This document shows, piece by piece, positions 29,518 to 37,346 of a DNA stretch of 64,000 nucleotides. Where the stretch lies: positions 4,368,153 to 4,432,152 of the forward strand of contig OZ242326.1 in the NCBI GenBank assembly GCA_965208325.1, given 5' to 3'. The notes under the pieces are model-generated. The model was not told where the DNA came from, made no database searches, and worked only from the letters and a program-made list of their open reading frames with translations. The translations under genes and the position numbers were made by a program. The first letter of the stretch is position 1, and the number at the start of each line of letters is the position of its first letter. Origin of the DNA: Candidatus Poribacteria bacterium. GTDB lineage: Bacteria; Poribacteria; WGA-4E; PCPOR2b.

Positions 29518-29976
29518 TTAGTCGTTTAGGGGTGTTTCGGTGTCGTCGATATTGTAGGGTTCAGATTCTTCTTTTAAATTAGATTTTCTCTGATTTGAAA
29601 GCATCACGAGCAATAATCGGATAATTTCGGTCATCAATTCTAAGCGGTGATCGATAATAGATTCATTCAGAATGAAGCGGGCTTTGAAATACCAATCTCG
29701 GCACTCTCGAGCCGATCCGAGCGCATATTCGTAAAACCGGGCGCGGTCTCTATCGCTGCTTCGGCTGAATCCTTCGGCGATATTTGCGCTGATTGAACCG
29801 AGTGATCTGCAAAGCTGATCGGATAAAGAAACAGCGCGTCTGTCTTTAGCCAGCGCTGTGATGTCGGCCCAGCCGATATTCGCGGCGTACAGCGCCAACC
29901 GGTAGACCTTTACCCTCCATAGTGCATCGCCGGTAATGCTTTCAGGTACCGTCCGCTGCCACTCCTCGAACTTCAT
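29518..29976 (-). CDS. Four-helix-bundle protein of the 23S rRNA intervening-sequence / S23-like family (Avd-related)
   Basis: 152 aa. The region LSDQLCRSLGSISANIAEGFSRSSDRDRARFYEYALGSARECRDWY matches the family hallmark (..S...NIAEG..R.....F...A.GS..E). It is inserted between atpA and atpG on the same strand. Confidence 0.8.
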   Translation of the reverse strand: MKFEEWQRTVPESITGDALWRVKVYRLALYAANIGWADITALAKDRRAVSLSDQLCRSLGSISANIAEGFSRSSDRDRARFYEYALGSARECRDWYFKARFILNESIIDHRLELMTEIIRLLLVMLSNQRKSNLKEESEPYNIDDTETPLND

Positions 29977-30002
29977 GGCTTTCGCCCTTTGCGCCTTAAT
30001 GT

Positions 30003-30044
30003 ATATGAGTAATGCGTAATACGTAATGCGTAACTAGTAATTCA
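30003..30044. repeat. Short heptanucleotide microsatellite (same family)
   Basis: ATATGAG TAATGCG TAATACG TAATGCG TAACTAG TAATTCA, lying between the intact 4HB gene and the remnant copy. Confidence 0.8.
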
Positions 30045-30120
30045 ACGCTCATTTCCAAAGCCTTACTAATAGCCTTTAATCGCCTCATGCAACTACCAGA
30101 ATGCAACGCCCTTTTATATG

Positions 30121-30224
30121 CCAATCTCGGCACTCTCGAGCCAATCCTAGCGCATATTCGAATTCCAAAGCGCATCGCCGGTAATACGCTCGGGCACAGT
30201 ATTCTGCCACTCCCCGAACTTCAT
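30121..30224 (-). pseudogene. Decayed second copy of the four-helix-bundle gene
   Basis: 30121..30160 matches 29692..29731, and 30171..30237 matches 29927..29993 (this segment includes the start codon and upstream sequence) of the intact gene. About 185 nt are missing between the two segments and the 3' part is absent. There is no intact ORF on the minus strand. Confidence 0.55.
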
Positions 30225-30242
30225 GGCTTTCGCCCTTGCTTC

Positions 30243-30326
30243 TTACGCATTACGTATTACGTATTACGTATTTTTCCTAACGAGTAACGAGTAATACGTA
30301 ATACGTAATACGTAATACGTAATACG
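30243..30326. repeat. Heptanucleotide microsatellite with an inverted segment (long hairpin potential)
   Basis: TTACGCA (TTACGTA)x3 at 30243..30270 is the inverse of (TAACGAG)x2 (TAATACG)x5 at 30278..30326. It starts 4 nt after the atpA stop codon. Confidence 0.9.
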
Positions 30327-30330
30327 CAAC

Positions 30331-31857
30331 TCATAGCTCATTACTAAATTCACCTTTAAAACTCTTTACAGCCTCATGCAGTTTGTCAATCAATTCATCA
30401 CTGAGTTGTCCCGACTCTGCAATCTCCTTGAGGATGTCCGCGTGATTTCTCTCCATATATGCCAAGAATTCGGATTCAAACCGCGCCACCAAATTTGTTT
30501 CAATGTCGTCCAGATACCCGTTCGATCCGCAGAAAATAGAGGCAATCTGTTTCTCGACAGGCATTGGCTCATATTGAGGTTGTTTCAGCAATTCAACCAA
30601 CCGCTCACCACGCCGAAGCTGGCTTTGCGTTGAAGCGTCGAGGTCGGAACCGAACTGCGCGAAGGCGGCAACTTCGCGGAAACTCGCCAGATCAAGTTTC
30701 AGCGTCCCCGCAACTTCGTCCGATTTCATGGCTTTGGTCTGCGCATCGCCGCCGACGCGAGACACCGAGGTGCCTACATCTATTGCCGGACGGACGCCTT
30801 GATTGAAGAGTTCGGAAGTCAGGTAAATCTGTCCGTCGGTAATCGAAATCACATTGGTCGGGATGTAGGTTGTGAGATCGCCTTCGAAAATTTCAATAAT
30901 TGGCAATGAGGTCAACGAACCCCCGCCCAAGTCGTCGCTGAGTTTTGCGGCGCGTTCCAACAGCCGTGAGTGGAGATAGAATACGTCGCCCGGATATGCT
31001 TCGCGCCCCGGCGGGCGGCGTGAGAGCAGCGACATCTGGCGGTATGCCCACGCATGTTTGGTCAAGTCGTCGTAAATTACCAGTGCGTGCTGCCCCTTGT
31101 CGCGGAAATATTCACCCATCGAGGTGCCCGTGTAGGGCGCAAGATATTGGAGCGGGGACGGTTCGCTCGCCGGCGCGGAAACGACAATGGTGTAATCCAT
31201 CGCGCCGTGTTCTTCTAGGGTATTCACGACCTGCGCGACGGTCGAACCCTTCTGTCCGACGGCCACATAGATGCAAAACACGCCGGTATTTTTTTGATTG
31301 ATGATAGTATCAATCGGGATAGCCGTCTTGCCCGTTTGACGGTCGCCGATAATTAGCTCGCGCTGCCCTCGTCCGATGGGCGTCATGCTGTCAATCGCCT
31401 TTAAACCTGTATAAAGCGGTTCGTTCACGGGCTGGCGTTGGACGATTCCCAGCCCCTTCCGCTCAACGGGGAGGGTCTGCTCGGTCTTAATTTCTCCTTT
31501 TCCGTCAATCGGTTGTCCGAGCGCGTTCACGGCGCGCCCAAGCAGCGCCTCGCCGACGGGCACTTCAAGCAGCCTGTTCGTGCGCTTGGCGATATCGCCC
31601 TCGTGGATTAGCTTATCCTCGCCGAAGAGAACGCAGCCGACGTTGTCCTCTTCGAGGTTGAACGCCATCCCGAACACCTCGTTCGGGAATTCAACCATCT
31701 CGCTCGCCATAACGTTGGCAAGCCCGTGCACGCGGGCAATACCGTCGCCGACATCCAACACCGTTCCGGAGTCGTAAACGTCGACCTGCTGGCTGTATTG
31801 CAGCAGTTGTTGCTTTAATATGTTTGAAACCTCATCGGGTCTAACTTCTCTTGCCAT
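30331..31857 (-). CDS. atpA: F1 ATP synthase subunit alpha
   Basis: 508 aa with Walker [11 protein letters not shown], plus [12 protein letters not shown] and YDDLTKHA motifs. Confidence 0.97.
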   Translation of the reverse strand: MAREVRPDEVSNILKQQLLQYSQQVDVYDSGTVLDVGDGIARVHGLANVMASEMVEFPNEVFGMAFNLEEDNVGCVLFGEDKLIHEGDIAKRTNRLLEVPVGEALLGRAVNALGQPIDGKGEIKTEQTLPVERKGLGIVQRQPVNEPLYTGLKAIDSMTPIGRGQRELIIGDRQTGKTAIPIDTIINQKNTGVFCIYVAVGQKGSTVAQVVNTLEEHGAMDYTIVVSAPASEPSPLQYLAPYTGTSMGEYFRDKGQHALVIYDDLTKHAWAYRQMSLLSRRPPGREAYPGDVFYLHSRLLERAAKLSDDLGGGSLTSLPIIEIFEGDLTTYIPTNVISITDGQIYLTSELFNQGVRPAIDVGTSVSRVGGDAQTKAMKSDEVAGTLKLDLASFREVAAFAQFGSDLDASTQSQLRRGERLVELLKQPQYEPMPVEKQIASIFCGSNGYLDDIETNLVARFESEFLAYMERNHADILKEIAESGQLSDELIDKLHEAVKSFKGEFSNEL

Positions 31858-31872
31858 GAACTGTTTTCTCCC

Positions 31873-32415
31873 TTATCCCCTCGCAAGCAATGTTCTCATT
31901 CGCTGAAGCTGCGTGACAACACTGCCGTCGAATACGGTGTCCCCCAATCGAACGACGGTTCCGCCTTGGATACCGGTGTCTATGCCCAACTCGAGCCGCA
32001 CCTCCGCCGCGCCCGAATAGTCGAGCAGCCGCTGCGTGAGGTCTTCCTGCTGCGCATCGTTTAACGGCACGGCTGAGGTGACTTGGGCAACCACGCGTCC
32101 GGCTTTTCGATCGACAATCTCTAAAAATGCCTTCAATATTGCGGTTAAGAACCGGTCACGCTGTTTCGACGCGAGCAGCAGCAGGAAATTGAGCGTAAGC
32201 GGTTCCACAGTCTCTGATAAGAGCTGTTGAAACATCTCGCCCTTGAACCGCGGGGATAGAATCGGGTTGCTCAAGAAGTTTTCGAAATCTTCCGATTCAC
32301 TTGTCAGCTCAATAAGCCGATTAGCATCCGCGACGATGGGGGCCAACGCCTCCTGCTCTATAGCTGCGTCATACAGCGCTTGCGCGTAGGGTTTGGCAAT
32401 GCGAATCTCTCTCAT
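31873..32415 (-). CDS. atpH: F1 ATP synthase subunit delta (OSCP)
   Basis: 180 aa beginning IAKPYAQALYDAA, between atpF and atpA. Confidence 0.9.
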   Translation of the reverse strand: MREIRIAKPYAQALYDAAIEQEALAPIVADANRLIELTSESEDFENFLSNPILSPRFKGEMFQQLLSETVEPLTLNFLLLLASKQRDRFLTAILKAFLEIVDRKAGRVVAQVTSAVPLNDAQQEDLTQRLLDYSGAAEVRLELGIDTGIQGGTVVRLGDTVFDGSVVTQLQRMRTLLARG

Positions 32416-32448
32416 TGGATAGTGTTTCTTTAAATTGAATGTTAGATA

Positions 32449-33051
32449 CTATTGGGTGTTCTGCGCCGGTAGGCGGCCGATCGACTCATCAATAATGTGC
32501 CGATGTTTCTCGGCGTCGAGCGTCTGATCGATGATTTTTCCTGCGGCGTCAATAGCGATTTCGGCGACAGTCCCTCGCAATTCGAGAATGGCTCCCTCTT
32601 TTTCGCGCTGAATTGCGGCGCGGGCCTTTTCGAGTTCCGCGCCCGCATCTTGGCGCGCCGTATCGAGTATGCGCTGCCGCTCGGCGTTTCCTTCATCAAT
32701 CGCCGCCTGAATCTTCGCCTGCCCCTCGGATTCAATCTCGCTGAGACGTTGACGCGTTTCAGCGTTCAACCGGTCGAGTTCAAGCTGATCTGCCTCGAGC
32801 TTCTCCATTCGCGAGGTAATCTCCTGCTGGCGGTCATCCAAAAGCCCACCGATGCGGCCGAAGACGAATTTCCATAGCACAAACAGAACAACAAGAAACC
32901 CAATCACCTGAAGGATTATTGTCTGCGGATCGATTCCAATGGCGCCCAATAATCCGCCGCCGTCACCACCGTCTTCCGCGGCAAATGCGGACGGAATCGC
33001 TGCTAAAGTGAACGCACAGAACGATAAGATTATAACTGAAATTATTTTCAT
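32449..33051 (-). CDS. atpF: Fo ATP synthase subunit b (with signal-peptide-like N-terminal extension)
   Basis: One TM helix (ILQVIGFLVVLFVLWKFVF) followed by a long charged coiled coil. An extra N-terminal hydrophobic segment, MKIISVIILSFCAFTLAAIPSAFA, is present. Confidence 0.9.
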   Translation of the reverse strand: MKIISVIILSFCAFTLAAIPSAFAAEDGGDGGGLLGAIGIDPQTIILQVIGFLVVLFVLWKFVFGRIGGLLDDRQQEITSRMEKLEADQLELDRLNAETRQRLSEIESEGQAKIQAAIDEGNAERQRILDTARQDAGAELEKARAAIQREKEGAILELRGTVAEIAIDAAGKIIDQTLDAEKHRHIIDESIGRLPAQNTQ

Positions 33052-33126
33052 AATGATACGCCGTCTCGTCCTTGCTGAAACATAGCGCGCGACCGAAACG
33101 ATCGCGCTTTACGTTTCACGACCCTT

Positions 33127-33456
33127 CTAGTGGCTGTGATCTGCGTCGTGGTGCTCTTGGGACGATCCCACCTGCATTATCTTTTCAAGCGCACTGACCT
33201 TTTCGCCTTCAGCCGGGGTTACATCCGGCAGTTTGCCCATCAGCAAGAAAAAGATTAGCAGCGAATAGATAACCAGCGATTCGATGAGCGCCAGACCGAT
33301 AATCATCGCCGTCTGAATCCGAGGCGCCGCCTCGGGTTGACGTGCAATGCCTTCGAGAGCGGTGCTTGTCGCCTTTCCTTGTGCAGTTGATGCCGCTATC
33401 ACGGCGATGGGCAGACCGAGCGCCACGCCAAAAGCTAAAACAGCGAGATAAATCAT
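33127..33456 (-). CDS. atpE: Fo ATP synthase subunit c with an unusual ~35-aa C-terminal His/Asp-rich tail
   Basis: 109 aa. The hairpin loop is GIARQPEA, TM2 is IIGLALIESLVIYSLLIFF with the carboxylate E, and the tail is KLPDVTPAEGEKVSALEKIMQVGSSQEHHDADHSH. Confidence 0.9.
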   Translation of the reverse strand: MIYLAVLAFGVALGLPIAVIAASTAQGKATSTALEGIARQPEAAPRIQTAMIIGLALIESLVIYSLLIFFLLMGKLPDVTPAEGEKVSALEKIMQVGSSQEHHDADHSH

Positions 33457-33543
33457 GAATGTTCCTCCTTTAAATTTTATACCGAAACAGAGTTTTGCAA
33501 CCGAAATAACGATAAATTACGGACGGCGCTAGCCGCCCATTGT

Positions 33544-34389
33544 TCAAGGATGCGCCTCCGCGCCGTGCGCTTCATCATCGTGAGAAAGAAAGGTCACGAT
33601 GTAGATTGAGGTCAACATCGAGAAGACCAGTGCTTGCAGGAAGCCGCCAAACAACCCGAAAAACAGCATCGGCACCTGGATTGGAACCCAAGGAATCATG
33701 CCCGCGATCGCCGGAATTGCAAGCCCCAAAAGCGTCAAATTAATGACGACGGACTCCTCGCCGAAGATATTGCCGAAAAGCCGAATCGCCAGTGAGCCTG
33801 CGCGTGCGATTTCGCCGATGATGTGCAGTGGAAACATCAATGGCCCCAACCACCACGGATCGCCGATGAAGTGCCGCAGATAGCCGACCAGCCCGTTCTC
33901 CTTTATCGCAATGATATGAACGCCAATCAGCGCGCTGATGCCGAGCGCTAGCGTGGTGTTCAAATCTGCCGTCGGAGATTGAAAACCGGGTATGAGGCCG
34001 AGGTAGTTCAAAAACAGGATAAAGATGAAATAGGAGCCGACGAACGGAACATATTTCTTTCCGTTTTCGCCCAAGATTCCACCGAAGAAGTTGATTAAAC
34101 CGCCGACGAACAGTTCTAGAAACGTCTGTCCTTTGCCGCGCGGGAGGCGCTTTAAGTTCCGCGTGGCGGCGATGAAGAGGATGGCGATAAACAACACCAC
34201 GAAATAGGCGTTGGGGATGAGATCCGGCTGATGCCACCGTTGCGGTTCCGGAACAATTTCATTCGGCAGCAGTTTGGAGATTGGGCTTAACCAGGAACGG
34301 TGCGCATCTTCGCCCGCAGAAGCGGCGGGAACCGCGACCGCAGCGGAGATTAAGATTGTAAATGACAGCGTGAAAACCAATTTTCTCAT
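33544..34389 (-). CDS. atpB: Fo ATP synthase subunit a
   Basis: 281 aa, polytopic, with the conserved Arg region LAIRLFGNIFGEE. The C-terminus is SHDDEAHGAEAHP. Confidence 0.92.
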   Translation of the reverse strand: MRKLVFTLSFTILISAAVAVPAASAGEDAHRSWLSPISKLLPNEIVPEPQRWHQPDLIPNAYFVVLFIAILFIAATRNLKRLPRGKGQTFLELFVGGLINFFGGILGENGKKYVPFVGSYFIFILFLNYLGLIPGFQSPTADLNTTLALGISALIGVHIIAIKENGLVGYLRHFIGDPWWLGPLMFPLHIIGEIARAGSLAIRLFGNIFGEESVVINLTLLGLAIPAIAGMIPWVPIQVPMLFFGLFGGFLQALVFSMLTSIYIVTFLSHDDEAHGAEAHP

Positions 34390-34402
34390 AGTGTATCGTT
34401 CA

Positions 34403-34819
34403 TTAACGCTTTGTTGCGCCGCCTTTGAACAGAATCCCCGCCATTAGCCCGAAGGCTTTAAGAATTATGACTACCTGCACGAGCCCGACGCCTGCCGCCA
34501 GGGTGTAGATATTCAACCAGTCTGCTTTCATCAAGAAATAAAAGCCGGCGAAAATAACTGTAAATTTGCCGAGTGCGATGAATCCAAGCCACCGCTTCGC
34601 TTTGGGCGAACTCCCGGGCACTACCATACGGCGTATGACAAGTTCCAGCGCCAATACAGCGCCCAAACTGAACAGGCTGCCGATGGCAAAACTTAAACCG
34701 GCCGGAAACCCGTATATTCCCCAAAGCACCGCCGTCCCGAGCAACGCAAGTATGGTGGACAAGCGGTAGACCTGCTTTAGGAATCGATCGTCCACTTCAA
34801 TCGGTGCGCGCGGGTTCAC
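34403..34819 (-). CDS. atpI: ATP synthase protein I (AtpI-like)
   Basis: Start re-set to the GTG at 34819, 1 nt after the atpZ stop. That gives 138 aa with hydrophobic helices (LSTILALLGTAVLWGIYGF, LGFIALGKFTVIFAGFYFL). The longer 202-aa ORF overlaps atpZ in another frame and its N-terminus looks non-coding. Confidence 0.65.
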   Translation of the reverse strand: MNPRAPIEVDDRFLKQVYRLSTILALLGTAVLWGIYGFPAGLSFAIGSLFSLGAVLALELVIRRMVVPGSSPKAKRWLGFIALGKFTVIFAGFYFLMKADWLNIYTLAAGVGLVQVVIILKAFGLMAGILFKGGATKR

Positions 34820-34820
34820 T

Positions 34821-35093
34821 TTACGGACGTTCCTCTGAATCCTCTGTATCGCTGCGCTCACCGCGCTCCATGCGTCTGTTCCAACGAGACACGGCTCGGA
34901 ACATCTCGATAAAACCCGCCGCCGTGCCGAATAGAAAGCCGATAATCGATCCGGCGGTTGGGTTTCCCAGTTTGCCGCCAATCCACCTGCCGGCGAAGAA
35001 CCCGATAACAATGGCGAGTGCGAGCGTTAGGCCGATAGTGCCCAAGTCGCCCACGCTGATCCAATCGCTGCCTTTCTTCTTGGACCAAAACAT
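34821..35093 (-). CDS. AtpZ/AtpR-type small membrane protein (ATPase_gene1 family)
   Basis: 90 aa with two TM helices (LGTIGLTLALAIVIGFFAGRWIG, AGSIIGFLFGTAAGF). It is the first gene of the atp cluster. Confidence 0.7.
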   Translation of the reverse strand: MFWSKKKGSDWISVGDLGTIGLTLALAIVIGFFAGRWIGGKLGNPTAGSIIGFLFGTAAGFIEMFRAVSRWNRRMERGERSDTEDSEERP

Positions 35094-35143
35094 CTTGAAC
35101 TTGCCCGCCCTTTAAATTTACGCTGGGGCTAAATGTATTTCTA

Positions 35144-36673
35144 TCAACGCAGAAAAACGAAGGTCACAACCACAAACAGCGGGAAGAGTATGACGACCGA
35201 CCAGAGCATGAATCCGAAAAAACTCGGCATCTTGATGCCGCTGCCTTCGGCGATCGATTTCACCATAAAGTTTGGGGCGTTCCCGATATAGGTGTTCGCG
35301 CCCATAAAAACGGCGCCGATGGAAATCGCTGTCAGAATCCTGACGAACTCGAGATGGTGCGCTTCGGTGAGCGATCCGTTAAGGATTTGCGGCACCACGG
35401 CTTCCGTCAACTCCAGCTTTCCGAGGGCCGTGTTAAAGAATGTCAAATAGGTCGGTGCGTTGTCCAAAAAACTCGATAATATGCCCGTCACCCAAAAATA
35501 GTGGAGCGGTTCGGTAACCGACCGAATCAATCCGCTTAAGGCGCCGTGCTCTCCCGCTTTGAGAATCGCCAACGCGGGGATAATCGTCATGAAAATTCCG
35601 GCGAACAGCTTGGCGACTTCGGCGATCGGTTCCCATTCAAAGTGATTCTCGCGCCGCAGTGCGCCCTCGAAGGGTGCGAACTTCAACGATAACAGTCCCA
35701 TTACCACTATGAGCACATCGCGAAGCAGGTTCTGCCACGCTACATGGACGCCCAGAATGTTCACCTCGCCCAAGTTGGCGGTGCCGCTCATCAAGACAGC
35801 CCCGACAATGCCGGCGAGGAAAATTAGGTTAAACAATCCCGCAATGCGAATCGGCGCACGCTCACCGTCGTCCGGCGCCTGTCCGCCCTCGCGTTTGAAT
35901 AGTATCGTGTCCAAAATGAAGAAGAGGCCAAGCAGCAGCACGCTGATAAACACCATTTGCGGGAATAGCGCCGTGGTCGTCCAGAAAAACGGGACGCCGT
36001 GCAGAAATCCCAAAAACAGGGGCGGGTCACCCAGCGGCGTCAGCGAGCCGCCGATATTGCTTACCAAAAAGATGAAGAAGATTACCAGGTGGGTCTTGTT
36101 TTTGCGGTAAGCGTTGGCGCGAATCAGCGGGCGAATCAGTAGCATCGACGCGCCTGTCGTGCCAATCCACGACGCAATCGCCGTCCCAATCAGCAGCAGC
36201 ATCAGGTTGACAACCGGCGTGCCGCGCAGGGTGCCGCGAACCACAATCCCGCCTGCAACCGTGAACAAACCCCAGAGCAGTATGATAAATGGGATATAGT
36301 CGATTAGATAGATATGGAGTATGTCGTAGAAGGCTGCGCCCCGAAAAATTGCGAGATACGGCAGTGCGAAAATTAACGCCCAGGCTAAAGAAATCTTGCC
36401 GTAATGCTGATGCCAGAAATGCGGCGCGGCAAGCTGCCAAAACGCAATCGAGAGCAGAATGCCGATAAACGGAATGACACTCCAGACCGGCAGGACTGCT
36501 CCGTCAACGCCGTGATGCTCCGCATGGTGTGTGTCGTCCGCGTGGGGGGATTCAACGCCGCGGCTGGTATGGGTATGATGGTGGTCGCCTTCCGCCGAAA
36601 AACCTAACGGTGCAAACAGAAGTAACGATGTTCCGAGAAGGACAAATGGTAGAAATCTGCGGCTAATCTTCAC
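35144..36673 (-). CDS. Ion-transporter-superfamily permease (NhaD/ArsB/CitMHS-like) with His-rich periplasmic N-terminus
   Basis: 509 aa with about 12 predicted TM segments. Signal peptide, then EGDHHHTHTSRGVESPHADDTHHAEHHGVDG. The family call rests on overall architecture and remembered similarity only. The start is a GTG. Confidence 0.65.
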   Translation of the reverse strand: MKISRRFLPFVLLGTSLLLFAPLGFSAEGDHHHTHTSRGVESPHADDTHHAEHHGVDGAVLPVWSVIPFIGILLSIAFWQLAAPHFWHQHYGKISLAWALIFALPYLAIFRGAAFYDILHIYLIDYIPFIILLWGLFTVAGGIVVRGTLRGTPVVNLMLLLIGTAIASWIGTTGASMLLIRPLIRANAYRKNKTHLVIFFIFLVSNIGGSLTPLGDPPLFLGFLHGVPFFWTTTALFPQMVFISVLLLGLFFILDTILFKREGGQAPDDGERAPIRIAGLFNLIFLAGIVGAVLMSGTANLGEVNILGVHVAWQNLLRDVLIVVMGLLSLKFAPFEGALRRENHFEWEPIAEVAKLFAGIFMTIIPALAILKAGEHGALSGLIRSVTEPLHYFWVTGILSSFLDNAPTYLTFFNTALGKLELTEAVVPQILNGSLTEAHHLEFVRILTAISIGAVFMGANTYIGNAPNFMVKSIAEGSGIKMPSFFGFMLWSVVILFPLFVVVTFVFLR

Positions 36674-36957
36674 GTTAACTGAGTCGCCTCATTGCCGCTT
36701 ACAAAAGTCAATGTCATAACCTTCGGCGGCTTCGCATGGAAGATGGGCTCGCCGTAAACCGATTGAATCTTTGACAAGCTGGCTTCCGAAAGAGAAATGT
36801 ATCAAAAACGCAGTAGAGTTTGTGAAATTTTTCACAAACTCAAGCCAAAAAAAAATGTATTACGCGCACTTTCAGCACGCAATCACCTATTGTCTCACAT
36901 TTCTGGGAGCGTGTCAAGTTTTTTTTCGGAGGGGATTGTGAAAAAAGGGAGTGTGGA

Positions 36958-37107
36958 TTATTTTTCGGCGGACGATTTTTCGACGGATTTACGGCGCGCC
37001 CGCGCTTTTCGGGCGAGCTGCCGTTTCATTGCATCGAGCTGGTTTTTGCGGTTCAGTTTCCGGCTGATATCTTCCGCGATAGTTTTTGGGGCGCGTTTCG
37101 TTTTCAT
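36958..37107 (-). CDS. Hypothetical small, highly basic protein (49 aa)
   Basis: ATG at 37107 with GGAG 6 nt upstream: MKTKRAPKTIAEDISRKLNRKNQLDAMKRQLARKARARRKSVEKSSAEK. I recognise no family. Confidence 0.3.
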   Translation of the reverse strand: MKTKRAPKTIAEDISRKLNRKNQLDAMKRQLARKARARRKSVEKSSAEK

Positions 37108-37346
37108 TCTGGTCTCCGTGCAAGATAAATTGAGGCAACGTTTAGGAGTGCACAAATCAAAACGACGACAGGATTGTGTGCGGTTTCACACATTTCAACA
37201 CGTGTTGTGGAAGCGCGGCGAAATTCATCCACTATTGACGGGTGAGGTGGTTTTTTGGTATACTAAAAAATCATAACGATGGTTGGGGTTAAGGATTTAT
37301 CTGAACTGTGATTCGTGTGATTAAATGCTGGGCTGTGATAACGAGA

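Noticed and set aside
34403-35011. The 202-aa version of the atpI ORF.
   Set aside because: Its first 64 codons overlap atpZ in another frame and encode an Arg/Ser/Ala-rich non-membrane sequence. A GTG lies 1 nt after the atpZ stop and gives a 138-aa product typical of AtpI.
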